Below are positions 1-9,893 of a stretch of DNA of 64,000 nucleotides, piece after piece. Each line of letters starts with the position of its first letter. The first letter of the stretch is position 1. The stretch comes from Bacilli bacterium (GTDB lineage: Bacteria > Bacillota_I > Bacilli_A > RF39 > UBA660): NCBI GenBank assembly GCA_017433415.1, contig JAFRHI010000009.1, positions 1,723-65,722 on the forward strand. The letters run 5' to 3'. The notes beneath the pieces were generated by a model. The model was not told the DNA's origin and searched no databases. It worked only from the letters and a program-made list of their open reading frames with translations. The position numbers were made by a program, and so were the translations under genes.

Positions 1-83
1 ATCACTATTTTGCTCTTTTTCTAAATTTATTAGTTTAAAGGAGGATGATATAATGTATTTTATTAAATTTAGGAGGATGTCTA

Positions 84-395
84 TTGTTTAAATTCGTAGG
101 TACTTCCCTTACTAATTTAGGGAACTCTATGAATTTATTAGCAATTAATAAATTAGATGGTGGTAACTATAATATTGATTCAATATTAAAAGCCATCAAA
201 ACTCTTACAGATTGGTGTTTAAGAGTTGGAATTGCCCTAGCAGGTGTTTCACTTGTTATAGGTTTTGTTATGTATGCAGTTGCAGATGTAGATAGAAAAG
301 CCCATGTAAAGCAAAGAATCATCCAAACTATGTTTGGTATAGTTGGAATTATATTAGCCATTTCATTAGTAAACTTAATTATCAGTCTATTCTAG
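84..395 (+). CDS. VirB2/TrbC-like conjugative pilin
   Basis: 103 aa, two hydrophobic helices with a basic linker; AGGAGG RBS before a TTG start; first gene of the conjugation cluster. Confidence 0.65.
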   Translation: MFKFVGTSLTNLGNSMNLLAINKLDGGNYNIDSILKAIKTLTDWCLRVGIALAGVSLVIGFVMYAVADVDRKAHVKQRIIQTMFGIVGIILAISLVNLIISLF

Positions 396-413
396 GTGAG
401 GTTACTTTAATAT

Positions 414-1790
414 ATGTTAAAAGCACTTGATTTGCTTAGAAGATTAGGTTGGGCAGTAATCGACTTTATATATAGTTTAATTGATACTTTATTTAATATA
501 CTAAAAGAATTAAATTTATATGATATTGTTGATAGTGTTTCAGATAATACGATTTTTAGAAATTTCCATTCTGGAATAATTGCTATTGCCATAACCTTAT
601 TAGCATTGTTTATTGCTTGGAGATTTGTCATGAAAATTCTAGAACCAGATGAGGGTTTATCTACTCATCAAATAGTTATGGAAATTGTTAAATGTAGTGT
701 GCTTGTGTTAATGAGTGTTTTCTTGTTTACACAAGCCAATACTTTATCTATGAAATTAAGTGGTTATACTTCTAATATATTTACTAGTAATGGAACTACT
801 TTATCATCATCCATGCTTACGATGTATGTAAATTATTCTGATGGTTATAAAGCAAGTGATGAATTTAAAAAGGAAGATATTGGTGCTAATATAAAAAATG
901 AAACATTTACTAAGAAAAGGATGTTTAATGATAAATATGTTACTAATTCAAGATGGATTTTACCAGATGAAAAAGATTATAAATATAATATAAATTGGTT
1001 AATGGCTATTATAGTTGGTGGCTTTTTTCTATATGCATTATTCTTTAGTGGTATGATGTTGGCTCGTAGGCAAATAGAATTTTTGTTTCTGTTTCTTATA
1101 AGTCCAATAGTATTTGCAACTTCTATTGGTAATAAACAACGAAGAAGTGCAGTTATAGAACAACTAGTTTCATTAATGTTGCAAGGTGCAGTTGTTATGA
1201 TGATAATTGGAATCACAGTAATAGTGATGCAGTCTATTAATAGTACAACTTTCTTTGCAAATTCTCAATTTAAAGATATGGCTTTAAAATCATTAATGTT
1301 TATTGGATGTGGTACTTTCCTACTTACTGGATCACAAGTTATTAATAGATTTATTGGAGCAAATGTATCTGCTAATTCTGGTCGTGAGCAATTAATGAGT
1401 TTAATGAGTTATGGACATACTATGTCAATGGCTACTCATGTTGGTAGTAATGCTCTTACTGGTGCAGGTGCTTTTGGTCTAGGTGTTGCATCATCAGCTG
1501 TTGGTAAAGTTGGTGGTAATAAAGTTGTTAATAAAGTTGGTAATGCTATTCAAAAATTTGGTAATAGTATTAAAGGATCTGGTGGAACTTCTAGTAGTCC
1601 TATTGGAAATATGGTTAGAGGTGGTATTGGAAATACTATTGAAAAATTTGGTGGTAAAGTCAAAAATTCTACACCATCTAATCTTGGTAAATCTATGAGA
1701 ATGAGAGGTCGTGAAAATATGGGAGAAGCAGTTAGTTCCATAATGCCACAAAGAAATATGTATCGTAGAAGATATAGGTCAAGGGAGTGA
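414..1790 (+). CDS. VirB6-like polytopic conjugation membrane protein
   Basis: Multiple TM segments, RQIE..FL...SP motif, Gly-rich low-complexity C-terminus; lies upstream of the VirB3/VirB4 genes. Confidence 0.7.
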   Translation: MLKALDLLRRLGWAVIDFIYSLIDTLFNILKELNLYDIVDSVSDNTIFRNFHSGIIAIAITLLALFIAWRFVMKILEPDEGLSTHQIVMEIVKCSVLVLMSVFLFTQANTLSMKLSGYTSNIFTSNGTTLSSSMLTMYVNYSDGYKASDEFKKEDIGANIKNETFTKKRMFNDKYVTNSRWILPDEKDYKYNINWLMAIIVGGFFLYALFFSGMMLARRQIEFLFLFLISPIVFATSIGNKQRRSAVIEQLVSLMLQGAVVMMIIGITVIVMQSINSTTFFANSQFKDMALKSLMFIGCGTFLLTGSQVINRFIGANVSANSGREQLMSLMSYGHTMSMATHVGSNALTGAGAFGLGVASSAVGKVGGNKVVNKVGNAIQKFGNSIKGSGGTSSSPIGNMVRGGIGNTIEKFGGKVKNSTPSNLGKSMRMRGRENMGEAVSSIMPQRNMYRRRYRSRE

Positions 1791-1796
1791 TAAGTT

Positions 1797-2114
1797 ATGT
1801 ATATAACAATTAAAAGTATAAAAAAGACTTTAGGTAAATTTATAGAAATGACAGACTTATATATTGGACTTCCTATACTTATGATTTTTTTAGTATTGTT
1901 TGCTTTTACTAATTTAAAAATTGAAGCATTAATGTTCTTATCTGTTTGTGCATTTTTATTAATACCTATAAATCTTTCTAAGAAGAATCGTATGTATAAA
2001 GTTGTGATTCTTCTTTTTAATTATTTATTTAGAAACAAAAATTATTGTTTCTTTAATGAAGAACTTAAAGATAGTAAAATTAAAACTTTAAGTAAATATA
2101 TAAAAGCAAATTAA
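1797..2114 (+). CDS. PrgI/VirB3-like small membrane protein
   Basis: Two TM helices; directly upstream of VirB4. Confidence 0.6.
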   Translation: MYITIKSIKKTLGKFIEMTDLYIGLPILMIFLVLFAFTNLKIEALMFLSVCAFLLIPINLSKKNRMYKVVILLFNYLFRNKNYCFFNEELKDSKIKTLSKYIKAN

Positions 2115-2134
2115 AAAGAAAGTAAGGTGATAAT

Positions 2135-4603
2135 ATCGGGTTATTCCCTAAAAAAGAGAAAAAATCAAATAAAGATCAAGTTTTAGATAAAGAAAAGAAA
2201 AAACTTGATAAACAACAACCTAAGTTTGTAATTAAAAAACGAATGAAAAAAAGAATTAAAAACTCTCAAATGTTTTCAAATGTTAAGTCAGTTGCAGATG
2301 ATGGTTTAATAAATTTAAAAACTGGTGAAGTTGCATCTTTAATAGAAGTTAAGGCTATTGATTTGTCCTTAACTTCTAAATCAGAGAAGCAAAACTTTTT
2401 TTATGCTCTAAAAAGTTTATATCAAGTAAAAGGACTTAACCTTAAATGTTATAAGTTAGATCAAAAAATAAATCTTAATAATAACAAAATTAATTTAGAT
2501 GAATTAATTGATTATTATAAGGAAGATACACAAAAACATAAATTACTTGATGAAAGTAAAAGATTAATAGAAGAATTGGAAGAAAATCACTATACCATAT
2601 CTAGTGTATATTATTTAGTTGTAATTGCTAAAGACTTAAATATCTTAGAAAAACAATTAGATGAAATTGAAGATATTATTTCAAATATACAACCTAGATT
2701 AAATATGGAAGTAATAGATAACAGATTAGAAATATATAAATTTTTAACTAATTTATATATGAATCCTAAAGCATTGGATGATTTAATCTGGAGTGATTTA
2801 CCATCATTACTTTCCCCACTAAATATACAAGAAAGAACTAATATGCTTAAAATTGATGATATAGAGGCTCAAATGGTTACTATTAAAAATATTCCACCTT
2901 TTGTTGATGAGTTATTCTTTGAAGAAATATTTAATGTTCCAGATGTAAGGGCTTGTATAAGTATTAAAGATGCTATTAGTCAAGATGAGCTAGTTCGTTG
3001 GGTAAATTCACAATATCAGTTTTTACTATCTGATAGAAGTACTACAAAAAAATTAAGTGATGCTACTGAGTTAGATACACAAAAGGAAAACTTCCAACAA
3101 TTAATGTTAGAAATAAAAAATGGTGATGAAAAGATTAAAGAAGTTTCTTTAACTCTTATTATTACTGGTAATAGAAAAGAACGAGATACCGCTTTAAGAG
3201 ATTTAAAAAGACTTGTAGATAGATACCAAATAAAACTTGATGTTCCAAAGTTAAGACAAATGGAGTGTTGGCAAAACTTTGATATTACTACATTATCTTT
3301 AAATGACTATTCTATCTATTTACCTACTTTAACATTAAGTGCAGGTTTTCCATTTACCAAAACTTATTTTAATGATTCTAAAGGCTATATGTTAGGTGTA
3401 GATTTACATACTTCTTTACCTATATTCTTTGATCCATTCACTTTAAATAATCAAAGAACTTCTCATAATATAGCAATAGTTTCATCTACTGGTGGTGGTA
3501 AAAGTTTTACTATGAAAAAAATGATTATTAACGAATATGCTCGTGGTACTAAAATTTTTATTTGGGATGCAGAAAACGAATATAAAAATTTAGTTACTTC
3601 AAATGGTGGTGAATATATAGATCTCTACTCTAAAAAGGGTGGTATTATAAATCCACTTCAAATAAGATATATTCCTAGTGATGATGAAGATAAAGAAACA
3701 AAAGAAACAGATTGTCCTTTAGCAAAGCATTTAGGTTTTCTAGAGGCATTCTTTAAAACTGCTTTTGAGAATATTACTGAAAAAGAATTAGTAATGTTAT
3801 TATCAGTAGTTGAGTCTTTATATAATACTAAGGGTATATTTAAAAATACATCTATTAATACTTTACAAAGTTTAAGTCCTACTGATTATCCAATATTTAG
3901 TGAGCTATATGAATATTTACCAGTTTATAAAAAGCAATTAGATAGTAATGAGAAAAAGAAATTAATAGATCAATTAGAAATATTAGTTTCTAGGTTTTTA
4001 ACTGGAACTGATTCATTCTTATTTGATGGTCATACTAATATTGATTTATCAAATGATTTAATTGCTTTCAATTTACAAGAATTATTATATAGTGGAAATC
4101 AAAGATTAATTAATACTCAAACATTGAATTTACTTACTTACCTAAATAATAGTATTGTTGCTAACAAAATACAAAATGAAAAATCTGGTAATAAGAAAAA
4201 ACATATAAGTATTGTTGTTGATGAATTCCATTTATTTATTGATGAAAACAATAACGAAGTTCTTAAAAACTTTGGACAACTTGCCAGAAGAGTTCGCAAA
4301 TATTCCACTAATCTGGTTGTCAGTACCCAAAGTGTAAAAGACTTCGTAGGTAATGCTAGTGTATTAAGACATGCAACAGCTATTTTTAATAACTGCCAAT
4401 ATACTATGGTTGGTATGTTAAAAGAAGATGATTTACTAGCATACTTAGAATTATTTAAAAATAATCCACTTACAGATACACAAAAAGCATTCTTATTATC
4501 TGCTAAACGAGGTGAATTCCTACTTAATGTAGATAATAAAAATAGACTTAGAGTTTGGATTCGTGCTACTGAATTAGAACGAACTATGATGGGAGAAAAC
4601 TAA
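2135..4603 (+). CDS. virB4: VirB4-like conjugation ATPase (first ATG at 2243; probable ATC start at 2135)
   Basis: Walker A SSTGGGKS, Walker B IVVDEFH, RRVRKY and STQS motifs; frame open back to 2126 with an AAGGTGAT RBS. Confidence 0.9.
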   Translation: MGLFPKKEKKSNKDQVLDKEKKKLDKQQPKFVIKKRMKKRIKNSQMFSNVKSVADDGLINLKTGEVASLIEVKAIDLSLTSKSEKQNFFYALKSLYQVKGLNLKCYKLDQKINLNNNKINLDELIDYYKEDTQKHKLLDESKRLIEELEENHYTISSVYYLVVIAKDLNILEKQLDEIEDIISNIQPRLNMEVIDNRLEIYKFLTNLYMNPKALDDLIWSDLPSLLSPLNIQERTNMLKIDDIEAQMVTIKNIPPFVDELFFEEIFNVPDVRACISIKDAISQDELVRWVNSQYQFLLSDRSTTKKLSDATELDTQKENFQQLMLEIKNGDEKIKEVSLTLIITGNRKERDTALRDLKRLVDRYQIKLDVPKLRQMECWQNFDITTLSLNDYSIYLPTLTLSAGFPFTKTYFNDSKGYMLGVDLHTSLPIFFDPFTLNNQRTSHNIAIVSSTGGGKSFTMKKMIINEYARGTKIFIWDAENEYKNLVTSNGGEYIDLYSKKGGIINPLQIRYIPSDDEDKETKETDCPLAKHLGFLEAFFKTAFENITEKELVMLLSVVESLYNTKGIFKNTSINTLQSLSPTDYPIFSELYEYLPVYKKQLDSNEKKKLIDQLEILVSRFLTGTDSFLFDGHTNIDLSNDLIAFNLQELLYSGNQRLINTQTLNLLTYLNNSIVANKIQNEKSGNKKKHISIVVDEFHLFIDENNNEVLKNFGQLARRVRKYSTNLVVSTQSVKDFVGNASVLRHATAIFNNCQYTMVGMLKEDDLLAYLELFKNNPLTDTQKAFLLSAKRGEFLLNVDNKNRLRVWIRATELERTMMGEN

Positions 4604-4605
4604 TT

Positions 4606-5367
4606 ATGAGTTGTCGTTCTAATATAGTTATGAAACAAAAAGATGGTATTTACAAATCTATTTATTGCCATAATGATGGTAATCTGGAACATAATGGAGT
4701 TATGCTTTACTATCATTATTCAGATCCAATTAAAGTAGAATTATTAACTAGTCTAGGTGATATTTCTTTATTAGAAGAAAATGTTTTTCCAGATACTACT
4801 AAGGAACATACTTTTGATAATAGACAAGATTTTGTAACAGTTGCATATCATCGTGATCGTGGTGAAGATTTAAGATTTGATGTTTATAATTCAAAAGAAA
4901 AATTATTAGATGATTTTTCTAAATCTAATATAAACTATTTATATCTTTTTGAAGATGATAAATGGTATGTTGTAGATAAAGAAAAAGGTCTTAATTTAGA
5001 ATCTTTAGAAGATAATTTGTTAAAAGAAAATTTAATTGATAATCCATCTATTCCATATAGTTATGAAGATGAATTAGCAGTAGAATTAATGAATTATGTT
5101 AAAGATTTTGATCCTTATGAATATAATGATGTTTATGATAATGATGATCATGCTTTTAATGATATGAAAAGAAGTTTAGCAACTACATCTGGTATTGATA
5201 CATTAATAGAATCATTATGTAATGATATTCAATGTTTTGCTAGTGAAAATGATTTAAGTAATCATGATATTTCTGATTTATCTAAAAGAGCATTTAATCT
5301 ACTTACTAAACTTAATCAATATTCTAAGGTGTTAGAAAAACAAGAAGATAAAGAGATGGATATTTAA
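4606..5367 (+). CDS. Uncharacterised mobile-element protein with an N-terminal SIYCHxDG domain and an LPD16-like C-terminal part
   Basis: MSCRSNI...SIYCHNDG...NG..L..HY...LGDIS motif seen in phage/ICE proteins; ELAVELMNYVKDFDPYEYND resembles large-polyvalent-protein domain LPD16. Confidence 0.5.
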   Translation: MSCRSNIVMKQKDGIYKSIYCHNDGNLEHNGVMLYYHYSDPIKVELLTSLGDISLLEENVFPDTTKEHTFDNRQDFVTVAYHRDRGEDLRFDVYNSKEKLLDDFSKSNINYLYLFEDDKWYVVDKEKGLNLESLEDNLLKENLIDNPSIPYSYEDELAVELMNYVKDFDPYEYNDVYDNDDHAFNDMKRSLATTSGIDTLIESLCNDIQCFASENDLSNHDISDLSKRAFNLLTKLNQYSKVLEKQEDKEMDI

Positions 5368-6272
5368 TGAAAAAAATATTAGCATTGCTTTTATCTTCTA
5401 CTACTGGACTAATAATAATTGCAATAATTATTTTAGTTCCAATTTTAATGATAATGGATTTTTTTGGTGCTAATATAACAGATGGTTATGTTGAGGATAA
5501 TATGGAATATGCAGATCAATATAAATCTGTCGTAAATAAAAATTTCAAAAAAAATAATGGTTATGTTTCATTAGAAAGAATTTTATATTTCTATCTTGAA
5601 GATGAAAGTCTAACTTTTGATGAAATATATACTGATAATTTAGATAAAGAATCTAAAAAAATGTTGCCCATTAGCGATGTATGTGAACTTACAAAATATA
5701 AAAATTTTGATGTTTGTAAAGAAGAAAATATATCAGAAAGTGGTCAGATAGATGAAGATCAAGCAAAGCCATTTTCCCCACCAATAGATTTTACTAGTTC
5801 AACTATAACTAGTTTTTTTATGGAACAAAGAGTTGTCTTTGGTAAAGATGATGTTCACGAAGCATGGGATATTGCAAATTCAGCCCAGACACCAGTTTAC
5901 TCAACTTGTGATGGAAAAGTTGAATCTGTATCATTTACTCAAAGTCAAAATGTTACTGATACTTCAAATGGTGGTGGTAATCAAATTAAAATTAGTTGTG
6001 AAGTAAATGATTTAACTTACCAAGTTTGGTATGCTCATCTCTTTCCAAATAGTGCAAAAGTTTCTAAAGGACAACCAGTAACAAAAGGACAACAAATTGC
6101 TAGTGTTGGAACTACTGGTTATAGTACTGGTAACCATTTACATTATCAAGTTTCATTAGATGGTAAAACAATAGATGGTATGAGTTTAATAGATTTTACT
6201 TATGAAGATGATAATACTTTTAAACCTAATCTTGATTATCAAGTTCCATCTTTACCATCCTATAAAAATTAA
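5367..6272 (+). CDS. M23 family peptidoglycan endopeptidase (VirB1 analogue)
   Basis: N-terminal TM; HEAWD, YAHL and TGYSTGNHLHY motifs. Confidence 0.88.
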   Translation: MKKILALLLSSTTGLIIIAIIILVPILMIMDFFGANITDGYVEDNMEYADQYKSVVNKNFKKNNGYVSLERILYFYLEDESLTFDEIYTDNLDKESKKMLPISDVCELTKYKNFDVCKEENISESGQIDEDQAKPFSPPIDFTSSTITSFFMEQRVVFGKDDVHEAWDIANSAQTPVYSTCDGKVESVSFTQSQNVTDTSNGGGNQIKISCEVNDLTYQVWYAHLFPNSAKVSKGQPVTKGQQIASVGTTGYSTGNHLHYQVSLDGKTIDGMSLIDFTYEDDNTFKPNLDYQVPSLPSYKN

Positions 6273-6286
6273 TAGAAATAATAATT

Positions 6287-6504
6287 TAGGATGAAAACAC
6301 CTAATATAAACACCCCTAAAATAAAAGGAAAAATAAGATATTAACCTTAATATCAACCTACGAAGTAGGATGAATTTCGTAAGTACGAAATAAGTCTTAC
6401 ACAACACTAAACCCTTATGAAATAAGGACAAGTTTAAGTTTGGTGTGTAAGTTTCTTATCCTGCTTTTTTAGATACCTTACAATTTAGGGGTGTTTTCAT
6501 CCTA
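6287..6504. other. Candidate origin of transfer (oriT)
   Basis: Non-coding region with nested inverted repeats and TATCCTGC (6457-6464), matching the MOBP nic consensus YATCCTG/Y; upstream of the RHH and relaxase genes. Confidence 0.65.
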
Positions 6505-6523
6505 TTTAAAGATTGGAGGTCTT

Positions 6524-6700
6524 ATGAGAAGATTTGATTTTTGGTTGCCAATAGACTTATTTAATAGAATAAGATTAATGGCAAAACATTATAAAGTCCA
6601 TACATCCAAAATGATGATTCAACTATTGGAAATGGGCTATTTAGAAATGATAAAACAAGGAGGTTATGATAATGAAATTAGATCAGAAATTAACGATTAA
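6524..6700 (+). CDS. Ribbon-helix-helix protein (relaxosome accessory or regulator)
   Basis: GGAGG RBS then ATG 6524; RRFDFWLP beta strand followed by two helices. Confidence 0.6.
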   Translation: MRRFDFWLPIDLFNRIRLMAKHYKVHTSKMMIQLLEMGYLEMIKQGGYDNEIRSEIND

Positions 6701-7109
6701 TAAATTAATAGCAAATGATATTGTAAACTATGCTTTAGATGATGCAGTATGTGAAAACTATAATGTATCATTAGAAAGTTACTTAAATAGTTTCGATGAA
6801 GAATCAAAAAAATATATATATGAAAATATTGATACTATATTAGAAGATATTGAAAATCATGAAAGTGTTCTTGATTTGGAAGTTAGAAAAGATGACAAAG
6901 GAACTGAAATTGATATGATTTTTTATATTGATAAATTATATAGCAATGAGGTTGAAAAACGAATTGGTGATACTGCAAAGATAATGGAAATTGAAATTGA
7001 GTTACCAGAAATTCAAGACATGGCAGTCAAAATTTTAGATGATGATGAGTTTAATGATGACTTGATAAATCGTTTAAAATCTTTTGACAATGGAAAGGAT
7101 CTGGGTTAA
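6672..7109 (+). CDS. Acidic hypothetical ICE protein
   Basis: AGGAGG RBS; translationally coupled to its neighbours. Confidence 0.6.
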   Translation: MKLDQKLTINKLIANDIVNYALDDAVCENYNVSLESYLNSFDEESKKYIYENIDTILEDIENHESVLDLEVRKDDKGTEIDMIFYIDKLYSNEVEKRIGDTAKIMEIEIELPEIQDMAVKILDDDEFNDDLINRLKSFDNGKDLG

Positions 7110-7510
7110 TGAAAGTTCGTTTATATACTGATGAAGAAATTGCTAAATTAAAACAATCTGTTTTTGTTAGAAATGTCAAATATAAACGAGAGTTAGAATA
7201 CGAGCCTTTATTCAAATTATGGACTATTATGATGAAACATGATTTTCCAGAACTTAGTGCAAGAGAAATCTTTGCTCGTGGTGGTTTAGATATAAATATA
7301 CTTAATAAAAAACTACCACAACGAAGAATTAAGGAATGGATAGATAATTATAAAAAATTTGGTATAAGATATTTCCTACCAGAAAATGAATACTATAAAA
7401 GTATTACTTATACCAAAGATAATAAAGTTTATTATGATAGTTTAAAAATTCAACTTATGGATTTTGTCTTAAATAGATTAAAGGAAATAAGTAATGAAGA
7501 AAATAGATAA
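7109..7510 (+). CDS. HTH protein resembling the N-terminal domain of IS3-family OrfA
   Basis: YTDEEI..L.....V..V....Y...FK...AREIF...G.DI.IL......R...W pattern; no DDE transposase next to it. Confidence 0.6.
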   Translation: MKVRLYTDEEIAKLKQSVFVRNVKYKRELEYEPLFKLWTIMMKHDFPELSAREIFARGGLDINILNKKLPQRRIKEWIDNYKKFGIRYFLPENEYYKSITYTKDNKVYYDSLKIQLMDFVLNRLKEISNEENR

Positions 7511-7814
7511 ACATATTTATTTTACCCCAGAAGAATTTGCTCGTATTTCTGAATATCAAGAAAGGAACAAAATGTCTTATTCAAGTGCAGTTTGTTCTCT
7601 TTCTATTTCTGCATTAAATAGTGATGATGTCTTAGATAGACTTAGTAAATTAGAATCTAGTTTAAATTATATAATCAAAAAGTTAAAATATATTTCATTG
7701 TTAGATGAGCAAATATATTCTGATATGGATTTTGATAATTTAACAGATCCTAAAAATAGTAAAGCCTTAAATGAATTTCATAAAAAAATAAGGAATAACT
7801 ATATAGATGACTAA
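7494..7814 (+). CDS. MobC-like RHH relaxosome accessory protein
   Basis: KHIYFTPEEF..I.......MSYSSAV RHH pattern; overlaps the relaxase start. Confidence 0.6.
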   Translation: MKKIDKHIYFTPEEFARISEYQERNKMSYSSAVCSLSISALNSDDVLDRLSKLESSLNYIIKKLKYISLLDEQIYSDMDFDNLTDPKNSKALNEFHKKIRNNYIDD

Positions 7815-9114
7815 AAGTCCTAAAGTTATATTTAATTCTATCTTTACTTTTGCTTTAAACAATCCAGATAGCAAATATACTAATCATAATAAAAGTATAA
7901 AGAGAGTTCAAAAAATGTTTGACTATTATACTAATGAAGAAAAAAGAGCTATGTCTATGTTTGATTATTATACTGGTAAACTTACTAAAGAAGATACAAT
8001 GAATTTAGTTACTGAAAATGGGAAATTTGCTACTGAAAAAGAAGTTGAAAAAAGAAAAAAATTAGCAGTCAAATATCTAGAAAATTCTAATTTATGGCAA
8101 GGTGTTTTATCTTTTAATAATGATTATCTAAATAAAAATATAGATATTCATAAATTGGAACAAGAACTTGCTACTAATATTTTACCTAAATTTTTTAAAA
8201 GATGTGGTTTTAAAGATCCAGATAAGATGTTTTATCAATTAGCACTTCATACTGATACAGATAATTTGCATTTTCATTTTTCTTTTATGGAAAAAGAGCC
8301 AAATTATGAATATTCAAAAAAGAAAGTTGGATATCGTAGATCTGGTGAACTATCTCAAAGTGAAATTGATTTTTTAAAAGCACAAGTTATCCATACAATA
8401 GAAAAAGAAAAGATATATACCCCTTTAGTTATAGAAACTAATAAAGAAATTGAAGAATTAAAAAAATACTTTAGTCCTAAAGAAAAAAATTATCTTTTAA
8501 GAAATAAAAAAGATTTAATATTAGAAGAAAAAATATTAAGACTTGGTCAGCTACTTTATAATGATAGACTTGGTAAAGATACTAAAATAAAGTATGGATC
8601 AATTAAGAATAAAGAAATAATATCTTTAACTAAAGATATTAAGAATTATATTTTTTCTAAATCAAATGACAACTTTAAATTGGAATATGATAATTTTAAA
8701 GAAGCATTAAATAAAATTAATGATTATTTCTACAAGATTAATGAAGATAATAACATTAAAGATATTAAAGTAGATACTACTGCTATTGATAATAAAAATA
8801 AGTATGTAGATAATTATATCTATAATGCTATTGTTAATTATGCAGATTATAATTATAAGAAAGAATCTAAAAATATATCTAAAATAAAAGAAAATGATAT
8901 TATTCAAGAAATAATATTGAAACATTATCTTAATAATAAAAAGCAAACTAGAAAAGATATATTAAAAAACTATCTATCTAGTTCTATTCCAAAACAAAGA
9001 TTTAAACATAAACAAGAGATTGAAAATGCTATTAGAAATATTAATGATGAAATGGAAGAAGCACAAAAAGAATTTAGTAAACTATTTCAAAATGATAATT
9101 CATATACAAAATGA
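7807..9114 (+). CDS. Relaxase, MobL/MobP2-type HUH endonuclease
   Basis: FDYY catalytic Tyr motifs, LWQGVLSF, HTDTDNLHFH His triad. Confidence 0.88.
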   Translation: MTKSPKVIFNSIFTFALNNPDSKYTNHNKSIKRVQKMFDYYTNEEKRAMSMFDYYTGKLTKEDTMNLVTENGKFATEKEVEKRKKLAVKYLENSNLWQGVLSFNNDYLNKNIDIHKLEQELATNILPKFFKRCGFKDPDKMFYQLALHTDTDNLHFHFSFMEKEPNYEYSKKKVGYRRSGELSQSEIDFLKAQVIHTIEKEKIYTPLVIETNKEIEELKKYFSPKEKNYLLRNKKDLILEEKILRLGQLLYNDRLGKDTKIKYGSIKNKEIISLTKDIKNYIFSKSNDNFKLEYDNFKEALNKINDYFYKINEDNNIKDIKVDTTAIDNKNKYVDNYIYNAIVNYADYNYKKESKNISKIKENDIIQEIILKHYLNNKKQTRKDILKNYLSSSIPKQRFKHKQEIENAIRNINDEMEEAQKEFSKLFQNDNSYTK

Positions 9115-9128
9115 AAGGATGTGATGTG

Positions 9129-9839
9129 ATGCCTAATTGGACTCATAATAAAATAATATGCAAAAAATCTATCGCAGAAAAATTATTAACACCAGTTGAA
9201 GATACTTATGTATTAGATTTTAATAAATTAATACCCATGCCAAACGAATTAGACTTAACTTGTGGAGCAATTGAAGATATGTCTGTTGCTTGTTATTATT
9301 ATTCTTTAGATGATAATGAAAGAAAAAAAGTAAAAGATTTATTATTTAATACAAAAACTGACTTTTATCACAATTATTGGAATAAATATAGTAATGATAT
9401 TAATAGATTATTAAATGGATCACTAAATATTAATGAAATAAGTAATAATTATGATTCATCAGATGATAAAATGAAAGAAAAATATTCTAGCATTTATGAT
9501 CTTGGTAAAAGATATGTAGATAATATAAAAGACTATGGTTTTCCAAATTGGTATGATTGGAGAATTGAAAACTGGGGTACAAAATGGAATGTGGATGATG
9601 AAGTAAGTGTAATAGATATAGATAAAAATAATTATGAAATAAGATTTGATACTGCATGGAGTTTACCTTATGGAATAATGTTAAAGTTTAGTGAATTATG
9701 TAAAGATAATGAATTCCATTGGGAATTTCAAAATGAAGATTTTGATGGGTATCATACTTTAACAAAAGAAAATGGTAAAATAATAGATAATGTTACTGGC
9801 TATGATGAAGAATATACAGATGATGAAATTGAAATTTAA
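9129..9839 (+). CDS. DUF1281/YubB ferredoxin-like domain protein
   Basis: MPNW, DFNKLIPMP, WYDWRIENWGTKWN and FDTAWS motifs. Confidence 0.8.
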   Translation: MPNWTHNKIICKKSIAEKLLTPVEDTYVLDFNKLIPMPNELDLTCGAIEDMSVACYYYSLDDNERKKVKDLLFNTKTDFYHNYWNKYSNDINRLLNGSLNINEISNNYDSSDDKMKEKYSSIYDLGKRYVDNIKDYGFPNWYDWRIENWGTKWNVDDEVSVIDIDKNNYEIRFDTAWSLPYGIMLKFSELCKDNEFHWEFQNEDFDGYHTLTKENGKIIDNVTGYDEEYTDDEIEI

Positions 9840-9858
9840 TTTATTTAATAATTTATGA

Positions 9859-9887
9859 TTGACAATATACGACAAATTTGTTATATT
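9859..9887 (+). promoter_or_regulatory. sigma-A promoter overlapped by an inverted repeat
   Basis: TTGACA (9859), 17 bp, TATATT (9882) with extended TG; IR TGACAATATA (9860-9869) / TATATTGTCA (9888-9897). Confidence 0.7.
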
Positions 9888-9893
9888 TATATT

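Noticed and set aside
1480-1690. Gly-rich GGNK/GN repeats at the end of the VirB6-like gene
   Set aside because: Ordinary low-complexity tail of conjugation membrane proteins, not a DNA repeat array
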